This document shows, piece by piece, positions 21,391 through 35,314 of a stretch of 64,000 nt of DNA. Origin of the DNA: Squalus acanthias (lineage: Eukaryota); assembly GCA_030390025.1 (NCBI GenBank), contig CM059432.1:55862001-55926000 (forward strand), read 5' to 3'. The notes below the pieces were generated by a model. It did not search any database, was not told where the DNA came from, and saw only the letters and a program-made list of their open reading frames with translations. Position 1 is the first letter of the stretch. Each line of letters starts with the position of its first letter. The translations under genes were made by a program, and so were the position numbers.

Positions 21391-22696
21391 TTTTAAACAA
21401 CTGTTAGCTAACATGGTAGGACAGTCGAGGTCTGTTGCATGCATATCCTGTGCCTTGTGGGAATTCCAGAACACTTTGTGTGTCCTGGAAAACCACATGT
21501 GCAGGAAGTGCCACCAACTAGGACTGAATCTATTTGGCTTGAGTTGAGGAACAGAGGGGGAGCTGTTACATTGTTGGGAGATTTTTTTTTTATAGAGTGG
21601 CAAACAGTGAGAAGGAGATGGATGAGCAAATTGTTTGCAAATTTCAGCAGCATGTAACAAAAATAGAGTAGTAATATTAGGAGACTTTAATTACCATAAT
21701 ATAGACTGGGAAAAACATAGTGGTAAGGGTAGGGAAGGAGAAGAATTTCTGATGTGTACAGGAAAACTTTCTCAATCAATATGTCTCCATTCTAACAAGG
21801 AAGGAAGCAGTGTTGGATCTGGTTCTGGGAAATGAAGTAGGGCAAGTGGAGTATGTTACAGTAGGAGATCATCTAGCTAACAGTGACCACAACATAATTT
21901 GGTTTAAAGTAATTATGGAAAGAGATCTGAATTATATCAAAGGTAAAAATACTCAATTGGGGATGAGCTAATTTCAGTGATTTAAGAAGGGACCAGCACA
22001 GGTAGATTGGAAAAGGTGATTGCAGGGCAAAGAAGTAACTGAGCAAGGGATAGTTCAAGTACAAACTAAGCATATTCCTTTGAAGGGAAAAGGTAGAGCA
22101 TCCAAAGCTAATGCGCCTTGGATGACAAAGGAAATAAAAGTTTAAAATAAAACAGTAAAAGGAGGCTTATGACAAATGTCAGGAGCAAGATTCAGTGAAA
22201 AACCAGGAAGAATATGGAAAGTACAGGAGGAAATTGTAAAAGTTAATACAGGAGGCAAAGAGAGGTTACGAGAAAAGATTAGCAGGCAACATTAAATTGA
22301 ACCCTAAAGCTTTTTATAAATGTATAAAGTGTGTATGCGGTAAGCTAGGGGAAAATGTTGGGCCTATTAAGGACCCAAAGGGGAATCTTCATCTAGAGGC
22401 AGAGGACGTGGCTAAAGTATTAAATGAGTACTTTGCATTTGTTTTCACAAAGGAAGGGGATGAAGTGAAGGTTACACTAAAAGAGAGGGAAGTTATGGAC
22501 ACGATAGTAATAGATAGAGAAGACGTACTAAAAAGATTAGCATTACTGAAAGTTGGTAAGTCACCTGGTCCAGATGGAATGCATCCTAGGTTGCTGAAAG
22601 AAGCAAAGGTAGAAATAGCAGACATTGGTCACAATCTTTCAATCCTCATTGGATACAGGAGTAGTGCCGGAGGACTGGAGGGTTGCTAATGTTATA

Positions 22697-23252
22697 CAGA
22701 TTGAGCATCAAAAATCCGGAGATCTGGACTCCGGGACGATTGGTGGCAGGGTCGTCCGGAATCCGTAAAATGTTCCGGAATCCTGAACTCCGGATTTTGG
22801 ACGCTCAACCTGTACTTCAAAAAGCCATTAACTTTTGTTGTCTTTTTTTGAAAAATCCTATGAAAAATGTGAGTGATGCAATAAAACTTTAGTGTTGTGT
22901 TTTATCCTCCTTAATCTGCACAGCCCCACTAAGTGTTTCCGCCAGGCTGCGGCCACGGCACCACGCCACCCTGGTGGCCTAGTGTGGGCCATCGGATGCT
23001 CTGCAGAGCTCGCGGCGTCCCTCCCCTTTAACAGAAGGGGAGGGGCGGAGAAACACGTCAGCGCTATGCGGAACGGCCCAGGCATTTCCGGACTCTGAAC
23101 GTGTTTCTGATGTCTGAAGTCCGGAAATGCCCGAGCCCAGGTTGCGATATTTCCGGACTTTGGACATCAGAAACACGTTCCGAAGTCCGGAAAAACACGA
23201 AAACCGGCTTGGCCTCGGTCCCGAGGTTGCCGGATTCAGGACGCTCGACCTG
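22697..23252. mobile_element. Tigger4/Zombi-like pogo MITE inserted in CR1
   Basis: TA TSD with TIRs CAGATTGAGCATC / GACGCTCGACCTG. An extra internal right TIR ends at 22812. TCCGGA-rich. It splits the CR1 peptide ANV-I-PLFKK. Confidence 0.85.
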
Positions 23253-23669
23253 TACCATTGTTCAAGAAAGGGATAAGGGATAAACTAGGAAAGTACAGGC
23301 CAGTCAACCTAACATCAATGGTGGGGAAGTTACTGGAAACCATTATCGGGGACAAAATAAACTTTCATTTGGAAAGGCATGGGTTAATCAAGGAGTGCCA
23401 GCATGGATTTGTTAATGGCAAATCGTGTCTGACTAACTTGATTGAATTCTTTGATTAGGTAACAGAGTAGGTTGATCAAGGTAGTGCAGTAGATGTATAT
23501 ATGGACTTTCGGAAGGCATTCTTCCAGTAGGCAGTGGTGTCCCCAGAGATCGGTATTAGGACCATTGCTTTTCTTGTTATATATAAATGACCTAGACTTG
23601 GGTATAGGCAGTACAATTTTGAAGTTTGCGGATGATACAAAACTTGACAACATAGTAAATAGTGAGGCT

Positions 23670-25514
23670 TCATGTCTCTACTGCAAACCTTCTTCTTAAA
23701 CCCCTGTCTCCTCCACCCTCACCTTCAATAAGTGCAAGGAGCTTTGTCACTAAGATTGAGGCCATACGATCAGCTGCCTCTGCCACTTCCCTTCCTTCCT
23801 CTAGCCCACCGGGTTAAACTTTCTCTCAAGGTTCCCCCTGCCCTAGCCCTCAACTCTCATCTTTCTCTAGTTTCTCTCCTATCTCCCCTCATGCACTCTC
23901 CGAGCTCATCTTGTCCATGAGACCCACTTCCTACTCCCTCGACCCTATTCCCACTGAACTGCTGGCCACCAGCCTCTGCCTGGCTCCCATGTTAGCTGAT
24001 ATTGTTAATGGTTCTCTCCTTATGTACTGTCCCCCTCTCCTTCAAATCTGCCATCATCACCCCTCTCAAAATAACCCTTGAACCCTCAATCCTTGCAAAC
24101 TACTGCTCCATCTCCAACCTCCCTTTCCTCGCCAAAGTCCTTGACTGTGTTGTCACCTCCCAAATCCGTGCCCATCTTTCCCGGATCTCCATGTTTGAAC
24201 CCCTTCAATTAGGTTTCCGCCCCTGCCACAGTACCAAAACGGCTCTTCTCAGATTCACAAATGACATCCTATGTAACTGTGACAAACTAACCCTTCTCGA
24301 CCTGTCTGCAGCCTTTGATACGGTTGACCACACCATCCTCCTCCAACACCTCTCCACTGTCATCCAGCTGGGTGGGACTGCACTTGCCTGGTTCCAATCT
24401 TCTCTATCTAATCATAGTCAGAGAATCACCTGCAACGGCTTCTCTTCCCACTCCAGCATTGTTAGCTCTGGTGTCCCCCAAGGATCTATCCTTGGCCCCC
24501 TCCTATTTCTCATCTTTTTGCTGCCCCTCAGCAACATCATCCAAAAACACAGCGTCCGTTTCCACATTTACGCTGACGACACCCAGCTCTACTTCACCAC
24601 CACCTCTCTCGACCTCTCCACTGTCTCTAAATTGTCAGACTGCTTGTCTGACATTCAGTACTGGATCAGCAGAAATTTCCTCCAACTAAATATTGGGAAG
24701 ACCGAAGCCATTGTCTTCGGACCTTGCCACAAACTCCATTCCCTAGCCACCGACTCCATCCCTCTCCCTGGCAACGATCTGAGGCTGAACCAGACTGCTC
24801 GCAACCTTGGTGTCATATTTGACCCTGAGATGAGCTTCCGACCACACATCTGCGTATCACTAAGACTGCCTATTTCCACCTCCGGAACATCGCGCAACTC
24901 CGCCCCTGCCTTAGCTTATCTGCTGCAGAAACCCTCATCCATGTCTTTTGTCACCTCTAGATTTGACTATTCCAACACACTTCTGGCTGGCCTCCCACGT
25001 TCTACCCTCCGTAAACTTGAGGTCATCCAAAACTCTGCTGCCTGTGTCCTAACTCGCACCAAGTCCCGTTCACCCATCACCTCGTGCTTGCTGACCTACA
25101 TTGGCTCCCGGTTAAGCAACACCTGGATTTAAAAATTCTCATTCTTGTTTTCAAATCCTTCCATGGCCTCGCCCCTCCCTATCTCTGTAATCTCCTCCAG
25201 CCCCCCCCCCCGAGATAACTGTGCTCCTCTAATTCTGGCCTCTTGAGCATCCCTGATTTTTAATTGCTCCACCATTGGTGGCCGTGCCTTCAACTGCCTA
25301 AGCCCTAAGCTCTGGAATTCTCTCCCTAAACCTCTCTACCTTTCTTTTCTCCTTTAAGATGCTTCTTAAAACCTACCTCTTTGACCAAGCTTTTGGTCAT
25401 CTGCCCTAATTTCTCCTTTTGTGGCTCGGTGTCAAATTTTGTTTTATAATGCTCCTGTGAAGCGCCTTGGGATGTTTTGCTATGTTAAAGGCGCTATATA
25501 AAATGCAAGTTGTT
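23670..25514 (+). mobile_element. L2 LINE, 3' ~1.8 kb (RT ORF 24002..25132)
   Basis: [31 protein letters not shown] and IQNSAA motifs. L2 tail tgtgaagcgccttgggatg...aggcgctatataaaatgcaagttgtt. Confidence 0.92.
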
Positions 25515-28443
25515 CATTTTACTCAATTTTGTAAATGTAGTTTTCCCCTCCAAAAATAATAATTTATAATCTTCGTGAGCCACACATTATTCATTGACTG
25601 GTGAAATTGAATTTTTGCCCATGTTGATTAATTTTTAATTCGATATTTCTGTAATACTGGATTCAGCATGCAAAAGGTTATCTCCCAACACATAAAGTAT
25701 CGTTTTTTTTTAGCAGTAATCTATCAACCTAAACCAGTCCATCTATTCAATTTTCTTTGAGATGTAAGTTTGTTTAGGCTCACACAATAGTAATTTGAAG
25801 TGTTAATTAGTGATTGCAAATCAACAAGATTTTTGGGAGCTCCCTGGCCCCTCATTAAAAGGTGCAGCCTTAGCCATGGTTGTGACATTGATTGGGAGGA
25901 CCCTGTTTAAAGAGAGAGCAAGTAGTGTTTTTATTGTTTTCATATACCGAGGAATATAGGGATTTATATATTCTCACTATGAAAGCTGAATACTGTTTGT
26001 TCTTAAATCTTATTTAAATAAATCACTTATTGGTTTGAAGCCTGTGCCTCATCTCAATAGGGTACTTAGTTCATATTCTATATAGAGAGGAGAATTTGCA
26101 CGGTGGTACGTAATATTCCAGTAATGAGTGTAGAGAGTAAGGATTGTGGTCCCTTTTGCTTTTGTTTATCTAGATGTTGGGCAAATAAAGGTACATCCTG
26201 GATCATAGGGAACATGAGGTCCACTTACTGGAGTGACTGGTGACCCTGAACCTGAGAACATATCTAAGCGTAAAAACCCCAAAACTGTGTCACTGACTTT
26301 AAAGGTTCTCTTTCTACCCTCCTCAAAGCCCGTTGTCACTTTTGAATTGGCTGCCAGAAATAGAACAAGAATGTCCTGGGTTGCTCCGCCTCATTCCATT
26401 TGGGAAATTTTCCTATTTTTCTTGGGCAAGCTGACATTGAGAGCTTGCCAGATAAATATTACGTGCTGAACTTGAATCTTCAACTACATTTAATAATATG
26501 GATGTAAACTAATGTGTTCCGCTGGTATAGCTTCAACATGTATTCTAAAGGTCCGAAGAAATCTCTCCTTCAGTTATTTTGGATACCTCTTGTCAGGATC
26601 TTGGGCCAGACTGCAAAATCCTGTGGCATTTAATGTGCCTATGCATAATGTATGCCAAATTCCTTTAGTATACAAAGCACATGTGAACATTTGCACTCAC
26701 AACTTTGGCAGACAGGAGGGGCTCTAGTAGACCCTCAGCACCTCCTGTACACTTCCTGATCATTTGCTGGGAGCCACTCACCTCATCCAGTCTATAACCT
26801 CTGCATTATGTGTCTGCAGCAGCCATATCGTAGGAACAGGAGTAGGCCCTTGAGCCTGTTCCGCCATTCAGTTAGATCATGGCTGATCTGTATCTTAACT
26901 CCATCTACCCGCCTTGGTTCCGTAACCTTTAATACCCTTGTCTAATATTTTGTGGAACTTGGATTTGTGATTGCCCTATGTTAAATTAACGGCAAATCTG
27001 TGCAGATCCTGTTTCTGGGTCTCTTGCTTGCTTATGACTGTAGTGTGCTTAAGGAAAGCTCTAAGTGAACCATCCAAAAATCCCTTACACCCACCTCGAG
27101 CGGCATCATCTGATAATATCAGCAATTGAAGATGCAATGCCATTTGAAAGTAAGCGCCAAAATTATTTTAAGTGCGCTGTTGAAACTCTGCAATACTGTT
27201 CAACCCTCTTTCCCTTTTCTGAACCAGTCTAACATATATTTTAAATAGCTTGTTTCATGTGACTGCCTGTTTAGGAATGTTACTGTGGCAGTGTAGACTA
27301 GAGTTGTGGCAGGAAGTTATGCAAACATGTTTGAGTTCATCTGTAACTCCTTGAGCACTGCCTATAAATGAAAAAGGACTATAGCATTGCTGATGGTTGC
27401 TTCTGGAGAAGAGCAAAACCTGAAATTTTCACTGGCAGCTAATTTATTTTCTCTAAGTGGTACTGCTTCTGCAAACACTGGAGCCACTTTAAAACTTGCC
27501 GAAAATAAATAAAAAGGATAATGCTCCACTACTGCCCCTTAAAGGGAAGTATAAATACATTTGCTTGTTCATCCATGAGTTGTGATTTTTGCCTTCAGTT
27601 CTGAATTTGAATTTCCAAACATTAAAATTGAGCAATTTTAAAAAGGAATTGGCTTGAATGGTAATGGGACTTTATTTGATGCATAATATATACTCGAATC
27701 CTACTATTTTTTGTAATAATTCTGTAATTTAATGGTGTAAAAGTAGAGTTCAGTCCTTTTACTTCTGTCACCATTTGAAATTTGTACTATATTTTAAAAT
27801 TATTTGTCTTGCGTCACTTGTTACAAGTCTATATCTTACTTGTGCCCCTTCCCTGTATGGCATTGTGACGATCCATATTTCATTCACCTATCCATACACT
27901 ATTTTGCACATCAAGCATAAAAATATAGTTTAGATTTTTGACTCACTAGTGTAGTGTATAAATATTTGGACCAATTTTACCATTATGCACATTTTTGTGA
28001 TCTCTGTGCTTGAAACTGAAATTTAATGTAAAAATGTTCAGATCTCACTTTATTTATGCTACAGCAAAACTTGAAAAAGTAAGATATACATATGTAAACA
28101 AGTATATTATGTGGTCACTCTTGCCTGGTAGTAAATAAAGAAAAACTGAGTTCCATCAGACTGAGGATGTTAAATTAAAAGCCCAAACATACTGACATTA
28201 CATACCTGCGTTTGGGTGCAGTGAGTATGAAAATATGAGTCCTCCCTCTATTGGCCTTTTTAATGATCTACTTGCACTTTCAAGGAATCAAGTATTTGAA
28301 CCTCTAGGTTTCTCTCTTCCTCCATATCCTTTAGCATGTTTCCATTTGGTATATACTCCTATTCCTTTCTCTTCCTCCAAAATGCATTACTTAATACTTG
28401 TCTGCACTAAATTGCATCTGCCACCAACCTGCCCATTTCACTA

Positions 28444-28769
28444 TAATAAAAACAAAATGCTGGAAATACTCAGCAGGTCAGGCAGCATCTGTGGAGAGAA
28501 ACAGAGTTAACGTTTCAGGTCAATGACCCTTCGTCAGAACTGGAAAAAGCTGGAGATGGAACAGGTTTTTAAGCAAGTGCAGGGGCAGGGAAAGGGGGGA
28601 GGGGAGGAAAGAACAAAAGGGAGACCGAAAGCAATGAAGATGAACAAGGTAAAAGAGACAAACGGAAATCCCGTCAGAGAAGAGCAGAACTTATTGAAGG
28701 TGGGCATTCTTAGAAGAGAAGTGGTAGTGAATTATTTCAGATTTCCAGCATCCGCAGTATTTTGCTTTT
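28444..28769. mobile_element. Penelope-type insertion with an internal inversion and a hammerhead motif, inside an old minus-strand CR1 fragment
   Basis: 13-bp TSD gcccatttcacta (28431-43 and 28770-82). The last ~36 nt (28734-69) lie in the opposite orientation to the rest. Confidence 0.75.
28505..28541 (-). ncRNA. Minimal type-I hammerhead ribozyme motif
   Basis: Minus strand reads AGUU-CUGACGA-AGGGUC(AUU)GACCU-GAAAC-GUU-AACU, with a 4-bp stem I. Confidence 0.7.
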
Positions 28770-29003
28770 GCCCATTTCACTACCCTGTCTGTGTCCTCCT
28801 GATATATTTTACAGCATTCATTGCTTTTTGCCAGACTCTCCAGAATCGAGAGAGGGAGCCATTTGGTTCATCATACTTGTGACAACTCTCTGAAAGTGCT
28901 ATTCACTTGGTCCCATTCCTGTCATTGCCCCATACCCTTTTAATGTTTTTCTTTGTCAAATAATTATCCACTTTTTAAAGGCTTTCCACCACTGGTTCCA
29001 CTG

Positions 29004-30195
29004 CAGCCTTTGACACGGTTGACCACTCCATCCTTCTCCAACGCCTCTCCACCATCGTCCAGCTGGGCGGGACTACACTCGCCTGGCTCCATTCTTATCT
29101 ATCTAATCGTAGCCAGAGAATCACCTGCAACGGCTTCTCTTCTCGCTTCGTTATCTCTGGTGTCCCCCAAGGATCTATCCTTGGCCCCCTCCTATTTCCC
29201 ATCTACATGTTTCCCCTTGGCGACATCATCTGAAAACACAGCGTCAGTTTCCACATGTACGCTGACGACACCCAGCTTCTACCTCACTACCTCTTCTCTC
29301 GACCCCTCCATGGTCTCTAAATTGTCAGACTGCTTGTCCGACATACAGTTCTGGATGAGCAAAGATTTTCTCCGATTAAATATTCGGAAGACCGAAGCCA
29401 TTGTTTTCGGTCCCCGCCACTGACTCCATCCCTCTCCCTAACATCTGTCTGAGGCAGAACCATACTGTTCACAACCTTGGTGTCATATTTGACCCTGAAA
29501 TAAGCTTCCAACCACACATCCGCAGCATAACCAAGACTGCCTACTTCCACCTCCGTAACATCGCCCGACTCTGCCCTTGCCTCAGATCATTCGCTGCTGA
29601 AACCCTCATTCATGCCTTTGTTACCTCTAGACTTGACTATTGCAATGCACTCCCGGCTGGCCTCCCACATTCCACCCTACGTAAACTTGAGGTCATCCAA
29701 AACTCTGCTGCCCGTGTCCTAACTCGCACCAAGTCCCGTTCGCCCATCTCCCCTGTGCTCGCTGACCTACATTGGCTCCCGGTTAAGCAGCGCCTCGATT
29801 TCAAAATTCTCATCCTTATTTTCAAATCCCTCCATGGCCTCGCCCCTTCCTATCTCTCTAATCTCCTTCAGCCCCCCCCCCCCCCCCCCCCCCCCCCCGA
29901 GATATCTGCGCTCCTCTAATTCTGCCCTCTTGAGCATCCCTGATTATAATCGCTCAACCTTTGGTGGCTGTGCCTTCTGCGCCTAAGCTCTGGAATTCCC
30001 TGCCTAAACCTCTCCGCCTCGCTACCTCTCTTTCCTCCTTTAAGATGCTCCTTAAAACCTACCTCTTTGACCAAGCTTTTGGTAACCTGCTCTAATTTAT
30101 CCTTGTGGCTCGGTGTCAAAATTTTTGTCTTAAAATACAGCGCCTTGACGTTTTACTACGTTAAAGGCGCTATATAAATACATGTTGTTGTTGTT
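29004..30195 (+). mobile_element. L2 LINE 3' portion
   Basis: [15 protein letters not shown] and ORF 29401..29919 (LIHAFVTSRLDYCNAL...LHWLPVKQR), followed by an L2 tail. Confidence 0.92.
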
Positions 30196-30974
30196 GGTTC
30201 TGGTAACGCATTCCAAATTCTAACAACGTTCTACATAAATAACCTCTACCTTTTATTCTTTTGATATATTTGTCTTTTAGTTACCGACTTATTAACCAGT
30301 GGAAGTAGTTTTTTGCTATTTACCATGTTATAATCCTTCATAAATTTGAAAACCTCTCCCTTTCCATGCCCTTGACATCTAAAACTGGACACAGTATTCT
30401 AACTGTGGCTCAGCCAATGGTTTGCATAGGTTTAGCATTAGTTCTTTGTTTTTATATTCTACGTTCCTATTTATACCTAGGATCCCATATCCTTTTTAGC
30501 AACTCGTACTCCTATTTTTGAAGATTTGCGTCTCTGCTCTTCTACTCCTTTTTAAAGTTCTACCCAATCAGAAAGGCTAACTTTTTAAGAAGGGAGTTTA
30601 TCCTTTGTGCACAGTAATAAGTCATCTGGAGTTTGAGCAGAAGGACTGTTAGTGCAAAAGTACTTAAACATGAGACCAGATGTGCCATATGTTGCAATAA
30701 ACTTTTTTTTTAAAAAACAAAGAAAATTTGCTGAGATTTGCTTCCAATTGTTGAAATCTGATTTGCAATACGGGAGTTGAAGTGATCTGACTATAATGGT
30801 TACTTGTCTGCCCTAGAATTCTGCAGGGGTTCCCCCAATCATCTCATGTAATTCCAGCAGGAGACCAGTGGAACCCCCAGAGAAATAGCATAAATGACTG
30901 AAAACAGCTGTTTATGCCATTTTTCTGGATGTTCTGCTGGAGTTGAAAAAAGAAAGACCTGCATTTATATTTAT

Positions 30975-33900
30975 AAACAGTAGAGGTGCCATTACACTAC
31001 AAGGTGTATTCTATAGGCCGCCAGCTAGTGGGAAGGACATAAAGGAGCAAATTTGCAGGGAAATTACAGAGAGGTGCAAGAACTATAGAGTAGTGATAAT
31101 GGGGGACTTCAACTATCCTAATATAGACTGGGATAATAGTGTAAAGGGCAGAGAGGGGGAAGACTTTCTGAAGTGTGTTCAGGAGAACTTTCTTGATCAG
31201 TACGTTTCCAGCCCAACGAGGAAGAAGGCATTGCTGGCATCTGTTTCTGGGGAATGAGGTGGGTCAAGTAGAGCAAGTGTCGGTAGGAGAACATTTAGGG
31301 AACAGTGATCACAGTATCAAGGTTTAGACTAGCTATGGAAAAGGACAGGGAGCAATCTAGAGTAAAAGCACTTAATTGGAGGAAAGCCAATTTGAGAATG
31401 GATCTGGCCCGGGTAAATTGGATTCAAAGATTGTCAGGCAAAACTACTTGAACAATGGGCTTTAAAGAGGAGATAGTTCAGGTACAGTCCAGGTACATTC
31501 CCACGAGGGGGAAATTAAGGGCAACCAAAGCCAGAGCGCTCTGGATGACGAAAGAGATGGAGAGTAAGATGAAGCGGCAAAAGGGGGACGTATAACAAAT
31601 GTCAGGTTGAGAATACAAGTGAGAATCAGGCTGAATACAGGAAGTTCAGAGGGGAAGTGAAAAAAGAAATGAGGGGCAAAGCGAGAGTATGAGAATAGGT
31701 TGGCAGCTAACATAAAAGGGAATCCAAAAGTCTTCTATAGGCATATAAATAGTAAACGGGTAGTAAGAGGAGGGGTGGGGCCGATTAGGGAGCAAAATGG
31801 AGACCTACGCATGGAGGAAGAGGGTATGGCTCAGGTACGAAATGAGTACTTTGCATCTGTCTTTACCAAGGAAGAAGATGCTGCCAAAGTCAGTGAAAGG
31901 AGAGGTAGTTGAGATACTGGATGGGATAAAAATTGATGAGGAGGTACTAGAAAGGCTAGTTGTACTTAAAGTAGATAAGTCACCAGGACCGGATGGGATG
32001 CATCCTTGGATGCTGAGGGAAGTAAAGGTGGAAAATACGGAGGTTCTGGCCATAATCTTCCAATCCTCCTTGGATACGGGGATGGTGCCAGAGGACTGCA
32101 GAATTGCAAATGTTACACCCTTTTTCAAAAAGGGTGTAAGGATAAACCAGCAACTACAGGCCAGTCAGTTTAACCTCGGTAGTGGGGAAACTTTTAGAAA
32201 CGATAATCTGGGACAAAATTAATAGACATTTGGACAAGTATGGATTAATTAAGGAAAGCCAGCACGGATTTGTTAAAGGCAAATCGTGTTTAAGTAACGT
32301 AATTGAGTTTTTTCATGAGGTAACAGAGAGGGTTGATGAGGGCAATGTGGTTGATGTGGTGTACATGGACTTCCAAAAGACGTTTCATAAAGTGCCAGCA
32401 AAGTTGAAGCCCATGGAATAAAAGGGACAGTGGCAGCATGGATATGAAATTGGCGAAGTGACAGGAAACAGAGTAGTGGTGAACGGTTGTTCTTAGGACT
32501 GAAGGATGGTATACAGTGGTGTTCCCCAGGGGTCGGTACTAGGACCACTGCTTTTCTTGATATATATTAATGACTTAGACTTGAGTATACAGGGCATAAT
32601 TTCAAAATTTGCAGATGACACAAAACTTGGAAGTATAGTGAACAGTGAGGAGGATAGTGATAGACTTCAAGAGGACATAGACAGGGGGGTGTTATTGGGA
32701 GGGCACGTGGCTAAAGTAAACGTTGGTCTCGTAGAGGATGAGTCTGGAGAATTAATAATGGGAAACAGGGAAATGGCGAAGACTTTGAACAAATATTTTC
32801 TATCGGTCTTCACGGTAGAAGACACTAAAAGCATCCCAATAATGGATAATCAAGGGGCTATTGGGGTGGGGGGGGGGGGGGGGGACTTAAAACAATCACT
32901 ATCACTAGAGAAAAAATATTAGGCAAACTAATGAGACTAAAGGTGGACAAGTCCCCAGGACCCAATTGCCTGCATCCTAGGGTCTTAAAAGAGGTGGCTG
33001 CAGAGGTAGTGGATGCATTGGTTGTAATCTACCAAAATTCCCTGGATTCTGGAGAGGTCCCAGCAGACTGGAAAACCGCAAATGTAACGCCCTATTTAAG
33101 AAAGGAGGGAGACAGAAAGCGGGCAACCATGGACCAGTTAGCCTAACATCTGTCATTGGGAAAATGCTGGCGTCCATCATTAAGGAAGTGGTAGCAGGAC
33201 ATTTAGAAAATCATAATATAGTCAAGCAGAGTCAGCATGGTTTTATGAAAGGGAAATCATGTTTGACAAATTTGCTGGAGTTCTTTGAGGATGTAACGAG
33301 AAGGGTGGATAAAGGGGAAACAGTAGATGTTGTGTATTTGGATTTCCAGAAGGCATTCGATACGGTGCCACATAAAAGGTTACTGCACAAGATAAGAGCT
33401 CACTGGGTTGGGGGTAATATATTAGCATGGATAGAGGATTGGCTAACTAACAGAAAGCAGAGAGTTGGGATAAATGGGTCATTTTCAGGTTGGCAAACTG
33501 TAACTAGTGGGGTGCCGCAGGGATCCGTGCTGGGGCCTCAACTATTTACAATCTATATTAATGACTTGGATGAAGGGACCGAGTGTAATATAGCCAAATT
33601 TGCTGATGATACAAAGATAGGTGGGAAAGCAAATTGTGTGGAGGACGCAAAGAATCTGCAAAGGGATATAGATAGGCTAAGTGAGTGGGCAAATCTCTGG
33701 CAGATGGAGTATAATGTGGGAAAATGTGAGGTTATCCACTTTGGTAGGAAAAATAAAAAAGCAAATTATTATTTAAATGGGGAGAGATTACAAAATGCTG
33801 AGGTACAGCGGGATCTGGGGGTCCTTGTACATGAACCACAAAAAGTTAGCATGCAGGTACAGCAAGTAATTAGGAAGGCAAATGGAATGTTGGCCTTTAT

Positions 33901-35305
33901 CGCAAAGGGAATGGAGTATAAAAGTAGGGAAGTCCTGTTACAACTGTACAGGGCGTTGGTGAGACCACACCTGGAGTACTGCGTACAGTTTCGGTCTCCT
34001 TATTTAAGGAAGGATATACTTGCATTGGAGGCAGTTCAGAGAAGGTTCATGAGGTTGATTCCGGAGATGAAGGGGTTGTCTTATGAAGAAAGGTTGAGCA
34101 GGTTGGGCCTATACTCATTGGAGTTTAGAAGAATGAGAGGTGATCTTATTGAAACATATAAGATTCTGAGGGGGCTTGACAGGGTAGATGCAGAGTGGAT
34201 GTTTCCACTCGTGGGGGAATCTAGAAAAAGGGGGCATAATTTCAGAATAAGGGGGCACCCATTTAAAATGGAAATGAGGAGGAATTTCTTCTCTGAGGGT
34301 CATGAATCTTTGGAATTCTCTTCCCTAGAGAGCTGTGGAGGCTGGGTCATTGAATATATTTAAGGTGGAGATAGACAGATTTTTGAATGGTAAGGGAGTC
34401 GAGGGTTATGAGGGACGGGCAGGGAAGTGGAGTTGAGGCCAAAATCAGATTAGCCATGATCTTATTGAATGGCGGAGCAGGCTCGAGGGGCCAAATGGCC
34501 TACTCCTGCTCCTACGTCTTATGTTCTTTATAGATGAAATTTAACGCAGAAAAGTGCGAAGTGATATATTTTGGTAAGAAGAACGAGGAGAGGCAATATA
34601 AACCAAAGGGTACAATTCTAAAGGGGGTACATGAACAGAGAGACCTGAGGGTATATGTGCACAAATTGTTGAAGGTGGCAGGGCAGGTTGAGAAAGCGGT
34701 TAAAAAAGCATACGGGTTCCTGGGCTTCATAAATAGAGGCATAGAGTACAAAAGCAAGGAAGTTATGATGAACCTTTATAAAACACTGGTTCGGCCTCAA
34801 CTGGAGTATTGTGTTCAATTCTGGACACCGCACTTTTGAAAGGATGTGACGGCCTTGGAGAGAGTGCAGAAAAGATTTACAAGAATGGTTCCAGGGATGA
34901 GGGACTTCAGTTACGTGGATAGACTGGAGAAGCTGGGGTTGTTCTCCTTAGAGCAGAGAAGGTTGAGAGGAGATTTCATAGAGATGTTCCAAATAATGAG
35001 GGGTCTGGACAGAGTAGATAGAGAGAAACTGTTCCAGAAGAACTAAAGGCGACATGAGGGGAAACTTTTTTATGCAGCGAGTGGTTAGGATCTGGAATGC
35101 TCTGCCTGAAAGGTTGGTGGAGGCAGATTCAACTGTGGCTTTCAAAAGGGAATTGGATAAGTACCTGAAGGAAAAAAATTTGCAGGGCTCCGGGGAAAGG
35201 GCGGGGGAGTGGGACTAGCTAAAGTGCTCTTGCAGAGAGCTGGCACAGGCTCGACAGGCCGAATGGCCTCCTCCTGTGCTGCAACCATTCTATGATTCGA
35301 TGATT
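30975..35305 (+). mobile_element. CR1 (EN+RT) interrupted at ~32685-34530 by a second CR1
   Basis: FYRPP and MGDFNYPNIDW through LQEDIDR (32684). It resumes at MKFNAEKCEVI (34534) and runs to the ttctatgattc tail. Confidence 0.88.
32708..34530 (+). mobile_element. Nested young CR1 with a 399-aa RT ORF (33164..34363)
   Basis: [22 protein letters not shown] and KFADDTK motifs; (tcttatgt) tail at ~34517-30. Confidence 0.92.
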
Positions 35306-35314
35306 CAGTGAATC

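Larger units (their letters stand above)
20985..23670 (+). mobile_element. Decayed, internally deleted near-full-length CR1 (5' UTR, ORF1 zinc-finger start, EN, RT)
   Basis: 5' UTR carries GTGACGTCAC as in the 40.3-kb copy. Coding remnants include CISCALWEF, VILGDFNYHNIDW, KSPGPDGMHPRLLKE, YRPVNLTS and KFADDTKL. Confidence 0.8.

Noticed and set aside
26230-26680. Possible ancient L1/Tx1 endonuclease remnant on the minus strand (LCIGTLNATG)
   Set aside because: Only one short motif; downstream LQETH and GDFN motifs could not be read convincingly.
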